Positions 40,601 through 52,600 of a DNA stretch of 64,000 nt are shown piece after piece. The stretch is from NCBI RefSeq assembly GCF_022045235.1, contig NW_027266275.1, positions 372,001-436,000 on the forward strand. The letters are read 5' to 3'. Position 1 is the first letter of the stretch. Every line of letters begins with the position of its first letter. A program made the translations under genes and the position numbers. The notes under the pieces were generated by a model, which searched no databases, was not told the origin of the DNA, and saw only the letters and a program-made list of their open reading frames with translations. This stretch comes from Haliotis cracherodii (Eukaryota).

Positions 40601-43600
40601 TTGGAAGACACTCTCTCCGTTACAGTGATAGCCAAAACAAAGGCTCATTTCTCTCGCTATGGGATTCCGAGTGTGTGTCATACAGACAATGGACCTCAGT
40701 TCATCAGCAAAGAATACGAAGACTTTGCTCAGCAGTATCACTTCAAGCACACAACGTCTTCACCATATCATCCACAAGTAAATGGAAAGGCTGAGTCAGC
40801 TGTCAAAGTGGCAAAAGCTATGATGAAGAAATCTGATGACAAAGAACTGGTATTCTTGAACTACAGAAATACTCCTCAAAAGGGACATACCTATTCACCT
40901 GCCCAATGCATGATGAACCGTCGAACAAGGACTTTGCTGCCGACACCTAATCAACTTCTGCAGCCCCAGGTAGTGGATCCCGAAATAGTTTATAGAGAGA
41001 TCAGGGGCAAAAGAATCTCTAGCAAGACTCAGTACGATAGATCGTCTGGTACAGAGCATGAACCAATAGAAACTGGCAGTTATGTGTATGCTAAACCTCC
41101 ACCAAACCAGAGAGGAAAACCTTGGGCATATGGACAAGTCATCCACAAGGACAATACAAGGTCTTACACAATAAAAACCCATGGTAGCACACTGAGAAGA
41201 AACCGTGTGCAAATCAAGCCAGCAGCTGCGCCACCACCATCAAACAACTACAACTCATCACAGAGGGCGCTTAATCAACTGATCTTGAAGAATGCCGAAG
41301 TCCAAACAGCTGTACCAAGTTCACCCATGAAACCTGTGACAGATCGAAGTGTAACAGCCCAAGCCAGCCCTAACATTACACAGAATGTAGAACAATCAAA
41401 GACTACACAGCCAGGTTTTCAACCTACAGAAAGTGTCACAGATATTACCAAGATATCTGAAGAGAATTGCTCAGTAAAACGTCCACTCAGGGAAAAAAGA
41501 TTCCCTTTAAGATACAATGACTATATAATGCTTGAGTGAATTGATGTAATAATTGTCAACATGGACATGCATGAATTACTGTCCTGAACTTTGAGGCAAG
41601 ACTATAGGATGCGGTTGCATATACAGACAGTGCCTGTGTGAACTAAGCAGATACATTTCACAAACTGATCATTGCAGCTGTTGAGAGCTTTTAATGGTTA
41701 CAATTGTTTAATATCATTTGAGTTAAAGGAGACATACTCTCTTTCTTTTTCTTCTTCTTTTTTTTTGTTTCTTCCAAAGGACGGCAGATGTTAGTATGTT
41801 CATTTCCGAGTTATTCCAATTGTTGGAAATACGAAGTATTGCGAATGTCAGGCCGGAAGTAGCATGGTCGGGTATCCCTAAAAGATATGATCGAGTCCCG
41901 GTGTATCATCAGGCGTAATAAAGCCTCTGCAAATCAAGACAACTGAACTGTGTCTTTATCATTGGTCCAACGAGGTTGGAAACTGTATCTCACTGACTAA
42001 CACTACTGCCACCAGGAAAAGCTCCTCCACAGCACAGCCAGCTGTCGTAGTACCTCACTGACTAACACTACTGCCACCAGGAAAAGCTCCTCCACAGCAC
42101 AGCCAGCTGTCGTAGTACCTCACTGACTAACACTACTGCCACCAGGAAAAGCTCCTCCACAGCACAGCCAGCTGTCGTAGTACCTCACTGACTAACACTA
42201 CTGTCACCAGGAAAAGCTCCTCCACAGCACAGCCAGCTGTCGTAGTACCTCACTGACTAACACTACTGTCACCAGGAAAAGCTCCTCCACAGCACAGCCA
42301 GCTGTCGTAGTACCTCACTGACTAACACTACTGCCACCAGGAAAAGCTCCTCCACAGCACAGCCAGCTGTCGTAGTACCTCACTGACTAACACTACTGCC
42401 ACCAGGAAAAGCTCCTCCACAGCACAGCCAGCTGTCGTAGTACCTCACTGACTAACACTACTGCCACCAGGAAAAGCACCTCCACAGCACAGCCAGCTGT
42501 CGTAGTACCTCACTGACTAACACTACTGCCACCAGGAAAAGCTCCTCCACAGCACAGCCAGCTGTCGTAGTACCTCACTGACTAACACTACTGCCACCAG
42601 GAAAAGCTCCTCCACAGCACAGCCAGCTGTCGTAGTACCTCACTGACTAACACTACTGCACCCAGGACAAGCATCTCCACAGCCATCTTTCATGGGTACC
42701 GCACTGACTAACAATACTGTCCCCAGTACGAGCTCCTCACAGGAATTCCTTTCAAATCGTTTGACATATCCCATTTTGTTGATGTAACATGTTATACATT
42801 GTCTTTCTTGTTAAAAAAACATAACAAAAAGTCCAGGAACTTCCAGTCACATTGAGTTACCTCCCTTATACTACATAGCAATATGACCTTCAAGGCCATA
42901 CACAGTCACTCTGAATTATCTCCCGTTCACTACACAGCAATATGGCCTTGAGGCCTTACAGTCACCTCAGGGTTCAAAATTAAGGGACGCTAAGATGCCA
43001 GATACGTGTTAATTTATGATTTTGCATCTATAAATCAAAATCAAGACGACATTTTTTGCGTCTTGCATTTTTCCATTTCAAAATCGGTTGAGAAATACCT
43101 AAATTCACTGTGATAACTTTTGATTTAACGAAGATTTTCCTTGATTTGTTTACCTCTAGTTTAGAGTTACCTCCCCATTTGCGTTTCCCGGGAAAACATT
43201 TCACTTCCTTTCTTTCTGTTCAACAATGGTGAACATGGACTATTCCGAGCTCTTTTTGACCAATGAACATATAGCACGGAGATTAATATTATGCAAATGA
43301 CGTATGTCTATTTTCGAGAGACCAATCAAATGCTGTAAAAACCATGTCACCGGTAATTTATTCAAAAGACCCAAGGTCGTTTCTTTTTTTAGATGACATC
43401 CCATCCTAGAGTCCCCAGACAACCCCTTGGCTGGTTGACCTACCATGCAGTCACGTCAAATAAGTATATAATTTTATGAACCTACCTGTCATATCATTTA
43501 TTTATTAAATCTATCACATTTCACAACGTCGTATCAAATCCGTATTCCATTTGATTTGATCATTTTTTATCTATAGATCAAAAAATTATTCACTATTTCC

Positions 43601-46600
43601 AGCATTGTTATTGAAAATAAATCTCGGACATACTCTTCGACAATGGGTCCACATCGAACATGTCAAAGAGCAATATAAAGATGTTTCAAGCAAATCTTTC
43701 AATATATTATACAAAGTAGTAAATAAAATCAACAAAAATATATCTTAAAGTTGTCAAACGTATATCTAAGTTATTATTTCCATCTTTTCGTGCGATCGCA
43801 TGTAATGTAAGTCAAATGACATCTCAGCTTTCGTTGCCTCAATTTCCCGGTCGGAGACGATGTTTAATGCAAAAATATAAGCATGAAAATCTTTGTCACA
43901 GCTCGTAACCTCGCACGATACATCCATGAAGCTGCATATTTTTAATATAGATCGCGATTTCCTTCTTGAAACTTTCAGAATAACACAATTTAACAAAATT
44001 CTTACGTCAATTTCTGAAATTCATCATACTATAGATGTAATTTGATTGGCTGACTTAGGTCACGTTCTCAGATTTGACCAATTACGAACCTTGTAGCAGA
44101 TTTCGGCAAAGAAAGTGTCACTAAAAACCAATTTTATCCAAGCTTTCAAGCGATGTATTGTCATAAGGCAGTCTTCGACGAACGTGTTATTCAAAAACGG
44201 AGGTAGTTCTTCAAGTTACAGAGCGGACAGCCGCTGTTATCATGAAATGGGTGACGACAGATACTATTTAGAATTCATTTTAAAATATTTTTCCAATTGC
44301 GTAAACATTTGTTTTGTTTTTTATGAAATCTTATATTTACGAAAATCGTCAATTTTTCGCTTCCTTGGTCCTTAATCTGGACGTTATGAATGTGTTAGAT
44401 TAAAAAAAAATTATTTACAAAGAATTTAATTAAGTTGTAAATGGAGTATTTAAATAATGTGATAACCATAACTTTCACATTTATAAACAATAGGATTAGA
44501 CCTTGAAATGGTGTATAATATGTACGTGGTAGCAAAGATGTTTTACAAGCAGATATTTTCTTTGATAAATGTTGGCTTCATCTGTCACACAAGAGTCTCT
44601 GGGAACTCGGATGTAAACGCTTCTGGTTGACTGGTGTTGAAAGAGTTAATGTTTTATGAGAGTAATTGAATTTCTTTGTTATCTGAATGTCATAACATGC
44701 ATAATCAGTCATTATTTATATGCAGCATATATCATGATCATGCAATCTTGTGATATTTATTTTGAAGTTTTGAGTTGAGAAAAATAATTGCTTGTTGATT
44801 TTTTTTTTTGATTTTAAAACCACAAGCAAAAATTTGCTTGTGGCTAAAATCTTTTTACAAAACAGAGCAACACACTCCAGAACAGTAGCACACTGAATTT
44901 TGTAACTGATCTTGATACCAAGAGGGTAAGAATCACTAATCGTCCGCTCACCTTGTCGGCCACCCTGTCCACCACTTGTGTGATCTTCCTGATCATGGCC
45001 GAGTCGGCCTGACACAGCTTCTTCCTCAGAGAATGCGCATCCAGCTGTTCTGCTCCTTCTCCACCTGTGGCCTCCAGGGCGCGTTGTATTGCGTTAAACT
45101 CCAGCGACTCTGGCAGCACAGACAGCGACCGACGCACCTGCTCAATGTTGTTGATGGTGATGCACAGCTGCAATACAGAGCACAGTGATTGTATGTTAGC
45201 GTGCCCCTCCTTATCCAAGTAGTGCAAAGTACTTTGAGTGAATTACATTGTGCCAGCAGTGGCTAGAGAAGTTGTCAACTGTCAGTTGTCACCTTATTCT
45301 GCTGGTTGTTCCATATCAGTCTGGTGGACACTGGGCATCACTGTGGAGAGCTTACCAGAGATGACCTTTATGTCAGATAGGCCCTTTGAACAAGAAATGA
45401 ACTTGTTTGTGTTACCTGTCCGACAGGATGTCTTGGATTTTCTCTGTCACCTCCTTGATCTTGGGACTCTGGGACTCTGATATGACATTGTTTACTGAAC
45501 GAAGAAAGGGGAATTTATGTCTGGCCTGCAGTGCCAGGGATGTTTGTGCATCTCTTAGCGCACGTAATATTTGGCCAGTCAGGTATGTCTTTATGTAGTC
45601 TTTTTAATCTGTCAGATCTGTTAGGTTTCAGTAATTTCATGGTAGTGATGGAGCATCCTGGCCTTATGGCTTGTGGTCTCTGCACATGCTTTCCAGGTTT
45701 ATTTTCAGGTGCCTTCCTGTGCTGTTGGTAATTAATAAACTTGTGTGCAGGATTACTGTGTTTTTATTGGTTACTTTTGAGCTTTAATAAATGCATGTGA
45801 GAGGGAGCTTACATCAGACTGTCAATGAGTTTCACCAAGTTTACATTTCCCAAGGGTTTAAAAGCAAGGTAACACATAATTGCATTTAGTACTATCTACT
45901 AAATGGCTTTATTGCGCGTATCCAAACCTTGGGCTTATCACTGTTGTAACTCAACAAGGTAAAACAGTAACTGGAAAAAACTCATCAGTTATACTTTAGC
46001 AGGTATTCTGAGATCCACACTATGCAGGGGATGCTGTCCTACATGGAAACAACTAGGACAGTGATGCTCAGATTCAGTGGGGATGCCTGGTCGACCTACG
46101 ACCAACAATTCCGACACAGAATGTCAAGGGACCCCTCAACCCGCTGGGACAACATTGAAAGGGTGTTGTGGCTGAAGTATATGGTCACACAGCCAGTATG
46201 ACAACCAGAGGCAGGCGGACGGGCACAAGGACACACGGTACATTGCCAGTTAGGAATGCTTGGATTCTAATAAATTTGGTTGTAGCAGGCACAACTGCAA
46301 TTACGCTCTCAAATGTGGGAAGTGTAGCAGAAATTCTCACAGCATTAGGACCTGCTTTCGAGGGAATCGAGTCCAAAATACAATCTTTCCCCATACAGCA
46401 AACAAGTCGCCAAGAAAAGTAAATTCAATGGCCCATTCCTCAGTGGATCTCAATGAAATGGCACCCTGGTTACACCAATATGCTGAGGTCATGTACAGAG
46501 ATGCAAATTACTTATGGGTAGGTTTTAGTTTTGGTTTCTAGCTTGAGTTTCAGTGTAGCCGCACGAGTCGCCTTGCACGAAACTTGTGATCAGTCATGCA

Positions 46601-49600
46601 CCAAGACACAGCAGGATATGTCAAACAAAACTACAAAAGGAAGTTGACCATGGCAGGATGTCAAGCCCTTCAAGGACATCCCCCTGGACAACCTCCAAGT
46701 CTCCTCAATAGGCCTGGTGCAAAAGAAGCAGCCAGGCCACGTTCAACAATCCGGTAAGCATGCCGATGATTTCCGTCTACTTCACCATTTTTTTTATCCC
46801 AAGGGCAATTCTATAAAGGAATATGCCTGCTCCATGGTGTATGCCAGGTTTGATGATGCTATAAATATGGTTCAACAACTGGGAAAGGGAGCATTACAAG
46901 CAAAATTTGACATTAAGACAGCCTTTAGAATTTTAACATTAGAAGGTGAATTCTATTTTGATAAATAATTACCATTCCGATGCTCCATATCTTGTGGCAT
47001 ATTGGATACATTTAGTACCTTCTTACAATGATGCATGCAATCCCACCTCCAAACGTGCCAGATCATGCATTTCCTGGCCGACTTCCTAACGGAGGCACAG
47101 CAGGCACTGATTATTTGACAACCTCAGCTGATGTGTACATACACTTGAACAGTTTGAATTCACTACTGCCCACAACCAGACTGTCAGCCCCAGTACATAA
47201 CAGACTTTCTTAGGGTTCGACATTAACACGAATGCAATGCTGATCAGAATCCCGGAGTCCAAGATCAAGGAGGTGACAGCCGAAATCCAAGCCATCCTGT
47301 CGACAGGTAACACAAAGGTCACTAAAAGGGCCCTTTAGTCAATCATAGGTTGGCTTAATTCTATGTGCAGGGCTGGCTGGGGCTTCTAGCCATAGGCTAA
47401 TCGACCTGCTCAGCAAAGGTAAGCAACCATTTCGCCACATTACCGACTGGGTCAAGGAAGACTTACAAATGTGGTTAACATTTCTCACCGGTAATAATGG
47501 CATTTTAGTGTTTAAGGATCAACTATGGGTAGACCTACAACAATCTCTGTCTGAGAACAAATAATCACCATACTACAAAGGTATCAATGCCTTACAACAG
47601 TTCTGGTCTGCATATCATCTACAGGTGTGGATCTGGTTGTTAACTTTATTGCTAACCCGTCCGTCCTAACACAGTCCAGACTTACAATGCTGCGCTGTCT
47701 TCACAACACAAATTCTGCAGGCTCACTGATTGTACAAACCATTTCCTGGTGGGTGAGCTATTAACAGACTTATACAAATCGGCGGTCTGACTAGACAGCA
47801 GAAAATCCATCAAGGCAGATCTGCTGCGGGTAGAAACCAGCCTTCTTGTGGGTTCTTTAGGGTTAGCTAGCTGGTCCAAACTGGACCCTCCAAACCAGGT
47901 TGCTCCATCCACAATGTTAGTTTCTCTGGTAATCCCCAACAGCTATCAATCCATCTCCCACACTCATAGTGTGATCAGTACAATATTGAGGCAACAGTTA
48001 CAATGTCACCTATACCAGGTAATCCACTATGTCCCGTAGTCGCCACAAAGTACCATCTTGAGGCGTGCCCCTCTGGCCCACAACAGACATTTGTTGATTT
48101 CGTTCATTCCCCCACTACTAGGTACCAATTCCAGGCACTGCTTTAAAAGGCCTTAGCTGTGGTAGCTGCCACAATGGTTTTCCAAATTGGTCCAGGAAGC
48201 GGTAGCTGCCAACTATGCTATCTTGGGTTAGGCAGTGGAAGCTGCCTTAGGCCAGCAACGGTAGCTGTTATTGGCAGCGCAGTAGTTGCCAAGCATCGAT
48301 CACGTTTCTTATAACTAAATCTGCTACAGTATGCAGCAGTACTTGCCATTCACATTGGTAGCTTTTCGTGTAATTTACTCGCAGCTTAGTAGCCGACTAG
48401 CACCTGCACACCATCGGCCAGTTAATCCACTCTCATGTCGCTTTGTTCTTATAGTCACGGGCATCCACAGTTTGGTAGCCCGTACCTCACCTTTGGCATA
48501 TCATGTGATATCTGGTAATTGTGGGCTGCTTTAAAGAAGCCCAAGCAGCAGTCAGCGGCAGTCTGGCCTGCTCAGTGACCCCACCTCTCCACGGAATTCC
48601 TTTCACACCAAGGGATCTGCACCTCCAAAATGAAATCTAAGTCCTATTGCTTGTCTGGTGCAACTTACCTGCTCAGAGATATCAAACTGCCCCTCGTCAT
48701 CATAGTAGCCAGCAGCAGTCAGCTTCTCATGCACCAAGTCCGCATACAGCTGAGCCCCATTGCTGATGTCCTGCAGATCAAATGAGGTACAGTGAGTTAA
48801 AATTGCAATAGAGTACAAAGGGTGAGGGTGAGGACAGAGAATGGGGAAGAGGGGGGAGGTGAGGGTCTATTACCTCAACAAGTCGGTGTACAAACTGGTA
48901 GGCTCCCACCAGATCTGGCCAGGACAGCTGCTTCCAGAACTCAGTGATCTGAAGATATGAAAACACCAACAGTCAGGACTACATCAACGTTGAGGTGGAG
49001 TGGGTCAAACATGGCCATCCAAACTGCCATTATCTGGTTTTCACTTGTATGTCCTCAGGACTAAAATAAGCTCTTTGCCCCAACCCCTCCATCCTCTTGT
49101 AGGTTTATTGACATGAGGAGGAGAGATCCTCTTGCAATGGAAGTGTTATAACGGATGTGAAGAGATCCCTTCTCTCTCTCCCTGTTCCTGCTCACCTGGG
49201 CAAAGCAACAGCACACATCCACAGCAGACGTGCTGTACTTCACCACAGCATCCACCTGGGCCACCTGAAGGCAGAAAACAACATGCATTCACAAGCAGTT
49301 AACTCCATACATTCAACAGCAGTTAACTCCCTACATCCCACAGCAGTGAACTCCCTACATCCCACAGCAGTGAACTACATACAGTTCACAGCAGTAAACT
49401 CCATACAGTTCACAGCAGTAAACTCCATACAGTTCACAGCAGTAAACTTCATACAGTTCACAGCAGTAAACTCCATACAGTTCACAGCAGTAAACTTCAT
49501 ACAGTTCACAGCAGTAAACTCCATACATTCCCCCACAGTTAACTCCATACAGTTCATAGCAGTAAACTCCATACATTCCACCACAGTTAACTACATACAG

Positions 49601-52600
49601 TTCACAGCAGTAAACTCCATACAGTTCACAGCAGTAAACTCCATACAGTTCACAGCAGTAAACTTCATACAGTTCACAGCAGTAAACTCCATACATTCCC
49701 CCACAGTTAACTCCATACAGTTCATAGCAGTAAACTCCATACATTCCACCACAGTTAACTCCATACAGTTCATAGCAGTAAACTCCATACATTCCCCCAC
49801 AGTTAACTCCATACAGTTCATAGCAGTAAACTCCATACATTCCACAGCAGTAAACTCCATACAGTTCACAGCAGTAAACTCCATACATTCCCCCACAGTT
49901 AACTCCATACAGTTCATAGCAGTAAACTCCATACATTCCCCCACAGTTAACTCCATACAGTTCATAGCAGTAAACTCCATACATTCCCCCACAGTTAACT
50001 CCATACAGTTCATAGCAGTAAACTCCATACATTCCCCCACAGTTAACTCCATACAGTTCATAGCAGTAAACTCCATACATTCCACAGCAGTAAATTCCAT
50101 ACAGTTCATAGCAGTAAACTCCATACACTCCACCACAGTTAACTCCATACAGTTCATAGCAGTAAACTCCATACATTCCACAGCAGTAAATTCCATACAG
50201 TTCATAGCAGTAAACTTCATGCAATCCTCAGCAGTAAACTCCATACAGTTCATAGCAGTAAACTTCATACAGTTCATAGCAGTAAACTCCATACAGCTCA
50301 CAGCAGTAAACTCCATACAGTTCACAGCAGTAAACTCCATACATTCCCCCACAGTTAACTTAATACAGCTCACAGCAGTAAACTCCATACAGTTCACAGC
50401 AGTAAACTCCATACATTCCCCCAGTTAACTTAATACAGCTCACAGCAGTAAACTCCATACATTCCCCACAGTTAACTCCATACAGCTCACAGCAGTAAAC
50501 TCCATACATTCCACCACAGTTAACTCCATACAGTTCATAGCAGTAAACTCCATACAGTTCATAGCAGTAAACTCCATACATTCCCCCACAGTTAAATCCA
50601 TACAGCTCACAGCAGTAAACTCCATACATTCCCCCACAGTTAACTCCATACAGTTCATAGCAGTAAACTCCATACATTCCACAGCAGTAAACTCCATACA
50701 GTTCACAGCAGTAAACTCCATACATTCCCCCACAGTTAACTCCATACAGTTCATAGCAGTAAACTCCATACATTCCCCCACAGTTAACTCCATACAGTTC
50801 ATAGCAGTAAACTCCATACATTCCCCCACAGTTAACTCCATACAGTTCATAGCAGTAAACTCCATACATTCCCCCACAGTTAACTCCATACAGTTCATAG
50901 CAGTAAACTCCATACATTCCACAGCAGTAAATTCCATACAGTTCATAGCAGTAAACTTCATACAATCCTCAGCAGTAAACTCCATACAGTTCATAGCAGT
51001 AAACTTCATACAGTTCATAGCAGTAAACTCCATACAGCTCACAGCAGTAAACTCCATACGGTTCACAGCAGTAAACTCCATACATTCCCCCACAGTTAAC
51101 TTAATACAGCTCACAGCAGTAAACTCCATACAGTTCACAGCAGTAAACTCCATACATTCCCCCACAGTTAACTTAATACAGCTCACAGCAGTAAACTCCA
51201 TACATTCCCCACAGTTAACTCCATACAGCTCACAGCAGTAAACTCCATACATTCCACCACAGTTAACTCCATACAGTTCATAGCAGTAAACTCCATACAG
51301 TTCATAGCAGTAAACTCCATACATTCCCCCACAGTTAAATCCATACAGCTCACAGCAGTAAACTCCATACATTCCACCACAGTTAACTCCATATACAGTT
51401 CATAACAGTAAACTCCATACAGTTCACAGCAGTAAACTCCATACAGTTCACAGCAGTAAACTCCATACATTCCCCCAGTTAAATCCATACAGTTCATAGC
51501 AGTAAACTCCATACAGTTCATAGCAGTAAACTCCATACAGCTCACAGCAGTAAACTCCATAGAGTTCATAGCAGTAAACTCCATACATTCCACAGCAGTA
51601 AATTCCATACAGTTCATAGCAGTAAACTTCATACATTCCTCAGCAGTTAAGTCCATACATGAACATGAACCCCACCGGGTCTGACCTTATCAAGTTACAC
51701 ATGGATCCCACTGGGTCTGACCGTATCGAGCTACACATGGATCCTACTGGGTCTGACCTGATCAAGCTCCACATGGATCCCACTGGGTCTGACCGTATCA
51801 AGCTACACATGGATCCTACTGGGTCTGAACTTATCAAGCTCCACTTGGATCCTTCTGGGTCTGACCTTATCAAGCCCCACATGAACCCTACTGGGTCTGA
51901 CCGTATCAAGCTTCACTTGGATCCTTGTGGGTCTGACCGTATCAAGCTCCACAAGGATCCTTGTGGGTCTGACCTTATCAAACTCCACAAGGATCCCAGT
52001 GGGTCTGACCTTATCAAGCTCCACAAGGATCCTGCTTAGTCTGACCTTATCAAGCTCCACATGGATCCTACTGGGTCTGACCTTATTAAGCCCAACATGA
52101 ACCCCACCGGGTCTGACCTTATCAAGCTACACATGGATCCTACTGGGTCTGACCTTATCAAGTTACACATGGATCCTACTGGGTCTGACCGTATCAAGCT
52201 ACACATGGATCCTACTGGGTCTGAACTTATCAAGCTCCACTTGGATCCTTCTTGGTCTGACTTTATCAAGCCCCACATGAACCCTACTGGGTCTGACCTT
52301 ATCAAGTTCCACAGCTTTGCGGATCCTCTTGAGAGCCTTGTGTCTGGCGATGCAGAGCCACTTGCTGACAGCGAAGCCAAACCACTCATAGTACTGGCAG
52401 ATGGCCAGACTCCTCAGCTCTCTGTCAGGAGGAAGGATGGAAGATTAACTTAGGCTTTGACCAATTATGGATTTGTCCTGAGTGAAATTAAAGTTTTCAG
52501 TCACAAGGGGGGACATTTAAACATTAATGTTGTTGGTGTCTCAATACTGATGTATTCTACATGACATATTACCCAGGTGGCAAGGTGTGTCTCACTGTAC

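Larger units (their letters stand above)
36658..41992 (+). mobile_element. Ty3/Gypsy LTR retrotransposon, 5'-truncated, pseudogenised gag-pol, 3' LTR only
   Basis: Gag CVRCGLNDHFARVC; protease QIDSAATCN; RT (RVCIDP, RLPFG, DDILI); RNaseH (DAS, EKECL, TDHQPL); integrase (H..C..C, TDNGPQF); domain order PR-RT-RH-IN; purine tract aaaggacggcaga before the LTR. Confidence 0.95.

Noticed and set aside
42968-44908. Possible hAT-like element (cagggttcaaaatt ... aattttgtaactg)
   Set aside because: Only a partial TIR match and no 8-bp TSD; the AT-rich interior may be transposon-derived but cannot be delimited.
42740-48604. Shared ggaattcctttca at about 42742 and 48593 as element boundaries
   Set aside because: The interval contains a host exon; a 13-bp match alone is insufficient.
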